A DNA stretch of 64,000 nucleotides from Escherichia coli (lineage in GTDB: Bacteria; Pseudomonadota; Gammaproteobacteria; Enterobacterales; Enterobacteriaceae), in NCBI RefSeq assembly GCF_003790525.1, contig NZ_CP033635.1; one strand, given 5' to 3'. Below are positions 1 to 7,401 of this stretch, piece after piece (the first letter of the stretch is position 1; each line of letters starts with the position of its first letter). The translations under genes were made by a program, and so were the position numbers. Under the pieces are notes generated by a model. The model made no database searches and was not told where the DNA came from. It saw only the letters and a list, made by a program, of their open reading frames with translations.

Positions 1-161
1 GGATGCTTAACGTAATGCGTGAAGTATGGACATACTTTATCAATTAGTGTTTTTTGCCGTTTCATAATGTTTCAGGTTGTGCATTATGTTTTTGATTATA
101 AACAAATTTGTGATTTTTCTTGTTCCAGCTTGTTTCACGTTGTAGCCCTTTGTGCAACGAT

Positions 162-187
162 CGGTGTAGTTAATGGTGTAGTTAATT
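162..187. repeat. attL core (CGGTGTAGTTAATGGTGTAGTTAATT)
   Basis: 26/26 identical to 10978-11003. It abuts the integrase gene start. Confidence 0.8.
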
Positions 188-1438
188 GTGATGACCGGAT
201 TCAAAATTATGAGCAGAGCACTTAACAAGCTGAGCGATACACAGCTAAGGAAAATCAACGGCACACCCGCCCAAAAAACAGCCTTTCTTAATGACGGTGG
301 AAACTTGAGCGTCAGGCATTCAACCAGCGGCCTTTTAACCTGGTATTTCACTTACAGGGCCGGAACGGGAAGGGGGGCATCACCGGAACGCATTAAGCTG
401 GGAAATTATCCTGATCTGAGCCTGAAATCAGCCAGGGAAAAAGCCGCCCAGTGTCGCGCATGGCTGGCTGAGGGGAAAAATCCACGTCATGAGATGAATT
501 ACACCGTACAGGAAGCGTTAAAGCCTGTAACGGTTGGCGATGCGCTCACCTACTGGCTTGAGTCGTACGCAAAGGAAAACCGTGTGGATTATGACCCACT
601 GAAAAAGCGGCTAAATAATCACGTAATACAGCACATTGGCCCTATGCCGCTGGATAAATGCGAGCTACGGCACTGGCTGGCCTGTTTTGATCGGGTGGCA
701 AAGCAAGCCCCTGTTTCCGCCGGGTTCCTGCTACAGACATGCAAACAGGCGCTTAAGTTCTGCCGGAAGCGGCGCTATGCAATCAGCAACGTTCTTGATG
801 ATATGAGTGTGGCTGACGTTGGGAAAAAACCGGATATAGGCGAACGTGTCTTAAGCACCAAAGAACTGGGCCAATTATTGCAGGCACTGGACAAAAAAAT
901 ATTTTCCCCTTACTACGTCGCACTAATCCGCCTCCTGATTGTCTTCGGATGCCGGACAGTAGAACTGAGGCTATCGGAGATCGGGGAGTGGGATTTTACC
1001 GAAATGCTCTGGACCGTTCCGAAGGAGCACAGCAAAACGAAGGTAGCCATATTCCGGCCCATACCGGAAGCGATACTGCCGTTCGTCACGCAGCTGGTGG
1101 AGCAGAACAGGCACACGGACTTATTGCTGGGGGAAGTGAAACAGGAAACCAGCGTGTCGCAGTACGGCAGATTAGTGCACAGGAGGCTTAAACACCCTCA
1201 CTGGTCACTGCATGACATCCGGCGCACCTTTACAACGATGCTGAACGATTTAGGCGTGGATCCTCACGTCGTGGAGCAGCTTACAGGCCACCAGATGCCA
1301 GGAATGCAGCGAGTTTATAATCATTCCCGTTATCTGGATGCGAAACGCAATGCGCTGGATATGTGGGTGGAGCGGTTGGAGATACTGGCGGGAGCACATG
1401 AAAACGTAACCACGCTACCAGTAGCCAGAAGAAAATAA
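188..1438 (+). CDS. P4-family tyrosine integrase (the real start may be the Met at 209)
   Basis: 416-aa ORF. The N-terminus (MSRALNKLSDTQLRK) resembles the DUF4102 arm-binding type. The C-terminus has HDIRRTF ... GHQMPGMQRVYNHSRY, the catalytic R/H-x-x-R/Y pattern. Confidence 0.9.
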   Translation: MMTGFKIMSRALNKLSDTQLRKINGTPAQKTAFLNDGGNLSVRHSTSGLLTWYFTYRAGTGRGASPERIKLGNYPDLSLKSAREKAAQCRAWLAEGKNPRHEMNYTVQEALKPVTVGDALTYWLESYAKENRVDYDPLKKRLNNHVIQHIGPMPLDKCELRHWLACFDRVAKQAPVSAGFLLQTCKQALKFCRKRRYAISNVLDDMSVADVGKKPDIGERVLSTKELGQLLQALDKKIFSPYYVALIRLLIVFGCRTVELRLSEIGEWDFTEMLWTVPKEHSKTKVAIFRPIPEAILPFVTQLVEQNRHTDLLLGEVKQETSVSQYGRLVHRRLKHPHWSLHDIRRTFTTMLNDLGVDPHVVEQLTGHQMPGMQRVYNHSRYLDAKRNALDMWVERLEILAGAHENVTTLPVARRK

Positions 1439-1486
1439 TTTTTTTCGTGTTTTTTCAGTATGCGCATACTGGATAAGTGCACAGAT

Positions 1487-1531
1487 ACAACGTGCAACAA
1501 TACACAACAACGTGAAACAACCACGAACAAG
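1487..1531. promoter_or_regulatory. Cluster of ACAACGTG(C/A)AACAA motifs (candidate integrase arm-type or AlpA sites)
   Basis: ACAACGTGCAACAA at 1487-1500 and ACAACGTGAAACAA at 1507-1520 are reverse complements of TTGTTTCACGTTGT at 130-143 and TTGTTCCACGTTGT at 10946-10959. Confidence 0.45.
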
Positions 1532-1619
1532 AGGTCAAAAAGTATACAGATTTATAAGTTGCTGATTTTTAATGCTCAACTGGTTTTTTATACATTAGCG
1601 AATAACGCTTTAAATAGTG

Positions 1620-1653
1620 AGAAAAAAGGCATAAAACGAGATTTTATGCCTTT
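1620..1653 (-). terminator. Rho-independent terminator reading on the minus strand
   Basis: Stem AAGGCATAAAA (1626-1636) pairs with TTTTATGCCTT (1642-1652). A plus-strand A-run at 1622-1627 gives a U-tract only on the minus strand. Confidence 0.5.
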
Positions 1654-1812
1654 GCATAATACTGAATTAAAATGATTTTTATTAAAATCACCCCGTTTCT
1701 GTAAAATACCCGCCACCAACATTTGCCAACTCTGAATCACCCTGACACAATCAGACACATCCCAACGCAATAGAACACGAAATAACTCTTTAAGAAACGA
1801 AAGGGGGCAATA

Positions 1813-2001
1813 GTGTTAAGCACTGATCGCTTTATACGTGAAAAAGAATGCGAAAAGCTAACAGGCCTTAGCCGCTCATGCCGCTACCGCCTGGAAAAGG
1901 CCGGACAATTCCCATCACGGCGTAAGCTGGGCGGTCGTTCCGTTGGCTGGTCTTTATCCGAAGTTCTGGCATGGAAGGAAAGCTGCGAGGCAGTTCACTA
2001 A
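1813..2001 (+). CDS. AlpA-family excisionase / transcriptional activator
   Basis: 62 aa with a GTG start after GAAAGGGGG. The motif LTGLSRSCRYRLEKAGQFPSRRKLGGRSVGWSLSEVLAW matches the AlpA helix-turn-helix family pattern. Confidence 0.85.
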   Translation: MLSTDRFIREKECEKLTGLSRSCRYRLEKAGQFPSRRKLGGRSVGWSLSEVLAWKESCEAVH

Positions 2002-2142
2002 AAAGACTGGCGGCACACAGCCGCCACCCATCCACTAATACAGAGATTTAACCATGAAGACTGGATATACGCCCGAACAGGGGCGGGGCTTCGTTCGGCC
2101 TGGTGAAACTGAAAAACAACAAAATCGCGGTTTTTCAGACAT

Positions 2143-2170
2143 AAAAAAAGCGGCCCCGATAAGGAGCCGC
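2143..2170 (-). terminator. Minus-strand terminator
   Basis: GCGGC (2150-2154) pairs with GCCGC (2166-2170). A 7-nt plus-strand A-run at 2143-2149 gives the U-tract on the minus strand. Confidence 0.45.
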
Positions 2171-2265
2171 CTTTCTGAACAATTTACCTGCCGCGCAAAA
2201 AATGAATATGAGCAGGGGAATTATATCAACCGTGTGACGAAGCGCCACTATTGCCGGATAACAGG

Positions 2266-2294
2266 CAAAGAAAAGGCCACCTGTCACGGTGGCC
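2266..2294 (-). terminator. Minus-strand terminator just downstream of the RHH gene
   Basis: GGCCACC (2275-2281) pairs with GGTGGCC (2288-2294). The plus-strand AAAGAAAA before the stem gives UUUUCUUU on the minus strand. Confidence 0.55.
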
Positions 2295-2325
2295 AATGTG
2301 ATCAGTGTGGTGGCTTGCTGGTGGG

Positions 2326-2505
2326 CTATTCCTGCTCTTTGGCCTTGCGCCGCTGGCGGCGTTTGATCTCGCCTTTTGCGGCAGTAACTAAAAAACCAGC
2401 GGTACTTTCGCCAGGTTCTTTAAGTTGCTCAATATCATCCATTACTTCATGTGGGATTCTGACAGTTGTCATTTGTGATTTTGCGTTCTTTGCACCAGTT
2501 GCCAT
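2326..2505 (-). CDS. Small ribbon-helix-helix-like DNA-binding protein (59 aa)
   Basis: Internal Met of the 156-aa minus ORF, with GGAG 8 nt upstream. The sequence MATGAKNAKSQMTTVRIPHEVMDDIEQLKE... has the beta-strand then helix pattern of Arc/CopG proteins and a basic tail. A terminator follows it. Confidence 0.6.
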   Translation of the reverse strand: MATGAKNAKSQMTTVRIPHEVMDDIEQLKEPGESTAGFLVTAAKGEIKRRQRRKAKEQE

Positions 2506-2571
2506 TTCTGGATCTCCTAAAAATTGGTGTATGTCAGTATACGCAAAAAAAATGATAAAAAAAGGCTTGAA

Positions 2572-2662
2572 GTGTATTTCACCAGTGAGTAAATTAAAAA
2601 GCAAAGGTGAAATACACCTGAAAGAGCAACGCCCCGCAGTGCTCGCAACACATGCAGGGCGT
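2572..2662 (+). ncRNA. Candidate structured leader / C4(CI)-like immunity RNA upstream of the Icd-like ORF
   Basis: Perfect 12-bp inverted repeat GTGTATTTCACC (2572-2583) / GGTGAAATACAC (2606-2617). A second hairpin pairs ACGCCC (2629-2634) with GGGCGT (2657-2662). The position is analogous to c4 upstream of icd in phage P1. Confidence 0.3.
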
Positions 2663-2692
2663 CTAACCAAACCGTTAAACGAGGTAACGATT

Positions 2693-2890
2693 ATGGCTGG
2701 AACACAGCATACCCCACGACTAGCGCACACACAAACCGCCTTTGTGTGGCGTTTTCTGGCACTGAGTGCCGGAGAATCCCAGATCATCCACGTCACCGCC
2801 TGGACGGAACGCGAAGCGCGTAACCGTTGCCCGTCCGGTTGTGTCGCTGTATTCGCCGCCCGTATTCGTCAGGGGGTGTGCCATGATTAA
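2693..2890 (+). CDS. Icd-like (P1/P4 cell-division-inhibitor family) small protein, 65 aa
   Basis: GAGG lies 8 nt before the ATG at 2693. FVWRF...TEREARNRCP...AVFAARIRQ resembles the Icd-like family as I recall it. It is the last 65 codons of the otherwise implausible 278-aa ORF. Confidence 0.55.
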   Translation: MAGTQHTPRLAHTQTAFVWRFLALSAGESQIIHVTAWTEREARNRCPSGCVAVFAARIRQGVCHD

Positions 2891-3251
2891 CCTGTCACTT
2901 ACCGATCTTAACCGCGTTCAGTTTCGTGAGAAATTTACCGGACAGCTACTCGTCAATGTGGAGAACGGGCGCATAGTGCGTAATTATCACCTGCCGGATG
3001 GTGCAATTGCCGGAAGCGTTGAAGCATTGCTTGAACTGGCGGAACGTGCGCGACTGATTAAGCCGTCAACGAGCCATCACGATGATGATCTGCATTTTAC
3101 CGGATGTATGGTGAGTCACTACGAAAACGGCGTCGAGGTATCCTGCGAACGGCTGCGTGATGATTGCTGTTTCGGCACACTGCCGGAATTTATCGAATTG
3201 CTGACCAGTTGCGGATATCAGGTTATTCAGGGGGTGCGCCATGTGCAATAA
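2883..3251 (+). CDS. Hypothetical protein (122 aa)
   Basis: The ATG overlaps the upstream stop and follows a GGGGG run. It lies in the co-directional operon. Confidence 0.55.
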   Translation: MINLSLTDLNRVQFREKFTGQLLVNVENGRIVRNYHLPDGAIAGSVEALLELAERARLIKPSTSHHDDDLHFTGCMVSHYENGVEVSCERLRDDCCFGTLPEFIELLTSCGYQVIQGVRHVQ

Positions 3252-3480
3252 CATCCGTCCGGACGCAGCCGCCGAAGCCATCATAACGCTAATGCACGCG
3301 CTGATTGATATTTCATGCACGGCAGCAACCGCAGAAAAACACATTACCAGAGAGCCGGAATATACAGGGGCAATAATCCCGCATTTGCTGGCCTACGCAC
3401 AGCTTACCGCTGATATGGCGCTGAATGAGGCCAAAGCTATCCTGATTGCTGATTGTGAAAATGGGGGGGGTTATGCGTGA
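3241..3480 (+). CDS. Hypothetical protein (79 aa)
   Basis: Overlapping start preceded by the same TCAGGGGGTG(C/T)GCCATG junction as the previous gene. Confidence 0.5.
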   Translation: MCNNIRPDAAAEAIITLMHALIDISCTAATAEKHITREPEYTGAIIPHLLAYAQLTADMALNEAKAILIADCENGGGYA

Positions 3481-3712
3481 TGATCGTTTTAATTCCCTGA
3501 AACAGGAATTTTCCGGCGTATCTGATGATGCGAGTGATGCGCTTTCGTCAATATCCGAACTGATAAGAGCGGCATTTTTCTTACTTGGCACGAAAGAAAA
3601 TAAAAAAACGGGGTTTGATGTACTAAATATCACCGCTGATTATGCGGAATATGTGTCAGAAGTCGATTTAAGAAAAATCCCGAATTGTCGCGGCATTAAT
3701 AACGCTTCTTGA
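3473..3712 (+). CDS. Hypothetical protein (79 aa)
   Basis: ATG at 3473 after a GGGGGGGG run, overlapping the previous stop. Confidence 0.45.
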   Translation: MRDDRFNSLKQEFSGVSDDASDALSSISELIRAAFFLLGTKENKKTGFDVLNITADYAEYVSEVDLRKIPNCRGINNAS

Positions 3713-3790
3713 ACCTGTAATAAATTAATTGCAGGAAATAGACCTATTGCACGACAGATATAAAGAACAGCACACCGGAGAATAAAAATA

Positions 3791-4078
3791 ATGAGACTTA
3801 AATATTCTGGCTTAACTGCCAGTGGCAAAACTCGCACTAAATTCATGCGCGGCGATATTTACCGCGATAAGTACGGCGGCACGGTAACGATTAAAGGCGT
3901 GGAGGAACGGCGCATCACTTACCGCCGTGAAGGCTACGAATATGACTGCGTTATGCCTGTTTATCAGTTCCGGCGTGATTTCACGCTGGTGGGCCATCGT
4001 AAAGCCGTTAATCAGAAACGTGCTGCAAGTTATATCCGCAAAATCCGTGAAATGCTGGTCGCAGGGGGTAAGAAATGA
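3791..4078 (+). CDS. Hypothetical protein (95 aa)
   Basis: GGAGA lies 10 nt upstream. The stop overlaps the replicase start (ATGA at 4075-4078). Confidence 0.5.
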   Translation: MRLKYSGLTASGKTRTKFMRGDIYRDKYGGTVTIKGVEERRITYRREGYEYDCVMPVYQFRRDFTLVGHRKAVNQKRAASYIRKIREMLVAGGKK

Positions 4079-5481
4079 AACTTGCACCGAACGTAAAACT
4101 GTTACCGAAAGATAAACACACTGAGGCGGTTATTTTTGCGGGTGATAATGCTCACTCCTTTGCAGAACATTACATGATTGCACAGGCCAAAAAAGCAGGC
4201 GATCCCATCCCTCCGGTTTATCTGGGCCGTTATCAGTTAAGCGAACTGGACAACTTACAGATTGTTGATGAAGGACGATACAGGGTAAAGGTCATACGCG
4301 CCGGAAACCTGGACGATATGCAGATGCTGACCATTGCCACAAAACTGGCGATCGCCGGAGTCCAGGAGGCGCGGCTACTTTCTGAAAATTTCGAACTGCT
4401 GGAGGACTGGAGCGACCAGCTACCACGACTACGGGAAACATGGGAGAGAGGGGAAAGCCTGGTCATGAATGGCGGAAAGCGAAAAATCACACTTCCCATC
4501 TCATGGGGTTCTGAGGGATTCGACGCGCAGCAAAGCTACGTAATTAAGGGGCTTATTCCGGCTGAATCATTATGCAGCACCTACGGGGCCAGCGGTTCCT
4601 ATAAATCGTTCCTCGCTATTTCCTGGTCGTGCCATGTTGCCACAGGTATGGCATGGGGAGGCCGCAGGGTAAGTAAGGGGGCGGTTATCTATATCGCTGG
4701 TGAAGGCAGCATGGGCGTAAAACGCCGCGTTAAGGCGTGGGAGATAACCCACGACAAGGTGGTTACAGATTTGTGCATCATTAACGCGCCTGTTTTCCCT
4801 GCATCGCCTGACTATGTGGAGCAGGTTATCAGGACTGCCGGACTTGTTAAGAGCAGAACGGGCGAAAATGTGCGGCTGATTGTGATCGACACACTGGCCC
4901 GTTGCTTTGGTGGGAATGATGAAAATGATTCCCGTGATATGGGCGCATTTATCCAGGGGTGTGACGCGATAAAGCAGGCCACAGGGGCCACGGTGCTGGT
5001 GGTTCACCATTCCGGCAAGGATGAAACAAAGGGGGCGCGTGGTTCCAGTGCATTCCGTGCCGCGCTTGATGCAGAGTACCGAATCAGCAGGGAAAATTCA
5101 GACGTTACAGCACTGGTGGCGGCGTGTACGAAGATGAAGGACGCAGAGGAGCCAAAAGAGAGTGCATACGACCTTAAAAGCGTGGAGGTGTTCACCGATA
5201 CAGATGGCGAAGAAATTGTGTCCATGGTGGTGATTGACGTTCCCCGCGCCCCTGCTGAACTGGAGCGCATCGAGGAGGCAGGCAACAAGACGGAAAACCA
5301 TACCGCGCTATGGGGGTGCATCCGTTCACGCACACAGAACGGCGACAAGTGCACGATCCCGCTGTTACGTGATGACATGAAACGGCTTGGGTATGACGTG
5401 AAAAATATGCGGCGATGGTTAGCCAAACTGGAAAAAGACGCCGTGATTTACATTGATGGTGATGATGTAGGACCACTGTAA
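4075..5481 (+). CDS. RecA-fold replicative ATPase (AAA_25/RepA-like helicase; island replicase)
   Basis: Walker A is GASGSYKS, Walker B is LIVIDTLARCFGGNDEND, and VLVVHHSGKDETKGARGSSA is also present. An iteron array follows immediately. Confidence 0.8.
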   Translation: MKLAPNVKLLPKDKHTEAVIFAGDNAHSFAEHYMIAQAKKAGDPIPPVYLGRYQLSELDNLQIVDEGRYRVKVIRAGNLDDMQMLTIATKLAIAGVQEARLLSENFELLEDWSDQLPRLRETWERGESLVMNGGKRKITLPISWGSEGFDAQQSYVIKGLIPAESLCSTYGASGSYKSFLAISWSCHVATGMAWGGRRVSKGAVIYIAGEGSMGVKRRVKAWEITHDKVVTDLCIINAPVFPASPDYVEQVIRTAGLVKSRTGENVRLIVIDTLARCFGGNDENDSRDMGAFIQGCDAIKQATGATVLVVHHSGKDETKGARGSSAFRAALDAEYRISRENSDVTALVAACTKMKDAEEPKESAYDLKSVEVFTDTDGEEIVSMVVIDVPRAPAELERIEEAGNKTENHTALWGCIRSRTQNGDKCTIPLLRDDMKRLGYDVKNMRRWLAKLEKDAVIYIDGDDVGPL

Positions 5482-5681
5482 AAAGTGAGTGGCAAAAGTG
5501 AGTAATGGTGAGGTTTTTACAAAATATTAACACAATTACTCACTTTCTCACCTGTATACATGCTCAAAAGTGAGCAGTGAAAAAACACTTATGAAACATG
5601 CACATACAAAACACAAAAATCTCAAGTGAGACGAAGCGAGACGCTTTAAAAAGTGAGTAGTAAAAGTGAGAGATGGTGAGC
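5481..5681. repeat. Iteron-type replication origin
   Basis: (A)AAGTGAG occurs at 5484, 5497, 5569, 5625, 5652 and 5664. GGTGAG occurs at 5507 and 5675. An inverted copy TTACTCACTTTCTCACC is at 5536-5552. AT-rich spacers lie between them. Confidence 0.7.
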
Positions 5682-5682
5682 A

Positions 5683-6051
5683 ATGAATAAAAATCGAACA
5701 GCAGGACAAAATACCGAAGGTAAATTTATGAACACTGAAATTGAAACACTGAGCATATCAACTGCCCTTCCTGGCTGGTGGGCTAAGTTCAAAGACGACG
5801 ACGGCACGGAATGGTATAGCCCAATTGCTGCATGGGCGCTTTGTGAGATCCACCATTTCGGTACCAGGGATACTTACCGCGAAATCTTACCCGTGCTGGC
5901 CAGTGAGCTGGGCATGAGTCCGCATAGTCCTGATGAGGGAATGTGCGAGTGCCTTTATCTGCCGGATAAGAAGTTTGTTCACTGTGGTGAATCGATGGTA
6001 TTTGCCTGGTATCCGGTTAACGACAGCAGCAATAGCGGTACTCTGGAGTAA
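5683..6051 (+). CDS. Hypothetical protein (122 aa; alternative start at 5728)
   Basis: ORF in the co-directional operon. No family recognised. Confidence 0.5.
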   Translation: MNKNRTAGQNTEGKFMNTEIETLSISTALPGWWAKFKDDDGTEWYSPIAAWALCEIHHFGTRDTYREILPVLASELGMSPHSPDEGMCECLYLPDKKFVHCGESMVFAWYPVNDSSNSGTLE

Positions 6052-6054
6052 ATC

Positions 6055-6297
6055 ATGAAGGTAAACCACAAAAAGACAGATCACCGCGCCATTGACCTTA
6101 CAGAGCACTGGCTGAGGGTGGCGATAAAAATCATCGACCGCAACACGGGGGAAGGATACGCGAAAGCGCATCCCGAACTGATTAGCGCATTCATGAGCAC
6201 AGCGGCGGCAAACTTTGCCACGCTGACAGAACGGGAGATTGCCGAAGCGGAACAGGTAACAACCATCAACGTTAAAACCGGAGAGCAGACAGCATGA
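6055..6297 (+). CDS. Hypothetical protein (80 aa)
   Basis: Tightly packed: 3 nt after the previous stop, and it overlaps the ssb start. Confidence 0.5.
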   Translation: MKVNHKKTDHRAIDLTEHWLRVAIKIIDRNTGEGYAKAHPELISAFMSTAAANFATLTEREIAEAEQVTTINVKTGEQTA

Positions 6298-6704
6298 CAG
6301 CACAGATAGCAGCTTACGGGCGGCTGGTGGACGACCCGCAGGTAAAACAGACCAGCAAGGGCACACCGATGACGCTGGCACGTATGGCGGTATCGCTGCC
6401 ATGCAGCCAGGCACAGGACGGACAGGCGACGTTATGGCTATCGGTCATCGCATTTGGTAAGCAGGCCGACTTCCTGGCTAAACATCAAAAAGGCGACGTT
6501 GCCAGCGTATCCGGCACGATGCAGGTCAGCCAGTGGACCGGACAGAACGGGGAAACGCGGCAGGGTTATCAGGTCATTGCAGACAGCGTAATCAGTGCCC
6601 GTGCTGCACGTCCTGGCGGGAGCAGACGCACAACCACAGGCACACAGGCTAATCAGCCACCAGCGGGAGGCGATGACCCTTACGGTGATGATATTCCGTT
6701 CTGA
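6294..6704 (+). CDS. ssb: Single-stranded DNA-binding protein
   Basis: 136 aa with an OB-fold-like N-terminus, a Gly/Pro/Gln-rich linker and the acidic C-terminal tip DDIPF typical of bacterial and phage SSBs. Confidence 0.9.
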   Translation: MTAQIAAYGRLVDDPQVKQTSKGTPMTLARMAVSLPCSQAQDGQATLWLSVIAFGKQADFLAKHQKGDVASVSGTMQVSQWTGQNGETRQGYQVIADSVISARAARPGGSRRTTTGTQANQPPAGGDDPYGDDIPF

Positions 6705-6714
6705 GGGGGTGACG

Positions 6715-6987
6715 ATGGTACATGACCGCATAGCGGAAGAACTGGAGGCTAAAGGGCTGTACCGGAGAGCGGCGGCACGTTGGGCTGATGTTATGTGGCT
6801 GGTGAGCACTGACAAGGAACGCGAACAGGTGGCAAAGCGTCGCGCGGAATGTATCCGTAAGGCACAGAGGCCACCGGAGCCGCCGGATGATTTAGGCGCT
6901 CTGAAAAGGTCAGTTAATCGCACTGAAAAACAAATGGGGATAGCTGGTATTGGCAAAGCAATATGGCGCAACTACCCGCAGAAGTGA
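6715..6987 (+). CDS. PerC/Pch-family transcriptional regulator-like protein (90 aa)
   Basis: GAGGGGG lies before the ATG at 6715. The N-terminus MVHDRIAEELEAKGLYRRAAARWADVM matches my recollection of the PerC-family signature. Confidence 0.6.
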   Translation: MVHDRIAEELEAKGLYRRAAARWADVMWLVSTDKEREQVAKRRAECIRKAQRPPEPPDDLGALKRSVNRTEKQMGIAGIGKAIWRNYPQK

Positions 6988-6994
6988 GCACACA

Positions 6995-7016
6995 GCCGGA
7001 GCAATCCGGCTTTTTT
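6995..7016 (+). terminator. Rho-independent terminator
   Basis: GCCGGA-GCAA-TCCGGC followed by TTTTTT. Confidence 0.8.
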
Positions 7017-7190
7017 ATGGGTCCTCCCGGTGGAGTGACCTGTCACGGGGCGGGAGCATCGCGGAAAAAGGCTGGTTTTTGCATTTTCATGGCGGCGGCA
7101 GCATGTGTGATAATTCATTGATAATTAAAAATTATTTCCGTTTTCACCTGTACAATTTTTTTTCTTCCCTGTCATTAGACCAGTTTGCAA
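7017..7190 (+). other. cos site copy A (lambda-like cosQ-cosN-cosB); cosN-like 12-mer GGGCGGGAGCAT at 7048-7059
   Basis: Aligns to the remembered lambda cos junction ACGGGTCCTTTCCGGTGATCCGACAGGTTACG/GGGCGGCGACCT/CGCGGG. It is about 170 bp and homologous to copy B. Confidence 0.7.
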
Positions 7191-7277
7191 TTAATTGAAA
7201 TATATAAATAAATCAGTTTTTCACCTGCCTGGTGGAGTTGCCTGTGTCAAAACGCGTTCAGATGGCGGGATATTTAT

Positions 7278-7300
7278 GCCGGATTTTTTCCGGCTTTTTT
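7278..7300 (+). terminator. Rho-independent terminator
   Basis: GCCGGA-TTTTT-TCCGGC followed by TTTTTT. Confidence 0.75.
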
Positions 7301-7401
7301 GTATCTGAATCTAATTAATCTGTTTTTATGATAAAAATATATTTATCTACCACTTTTATCGATCAATAATGTTTGTGGTTTAACCATTCAGGAGATTTTT
7401 A

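Noticed and set aside
162-187. Whether the att core is the 3' end of a tRNA, tmRNA or small RNA gene, as is usual for P4-family integrases
   Set aside because: I could not fold the core or its flanks into a tRNA-like acceptor/T-arm, and there is no GGTTCGAATCC-type motif or CCA end. I left it as a non-tRNA intergenic att site.
2054-2890. 278-aa plus-strand ORF spanning most of the alpA to Icd-like interval
   Set aside because: The translation is Cys/Arg/Ser-rich and low in complexity. It runs antisense through the RHH gene and across two terminator hairpins and the 12-bp inverted repeat. Only its last 65 codons, which have their own SD and ATG at 2693, look like a real gene.
5887-6971. Two long minus-strand ORFs (175 and 177 aa) antisense to the island small genes, ssb and the PerC-like gene
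   Set aside because: These are shadow ORFs of well-supported plus-strand genes. Their translations are Cys/Arg/Ala-rich with no motifs, and they are the wrong orientation for the operon and its terminators.
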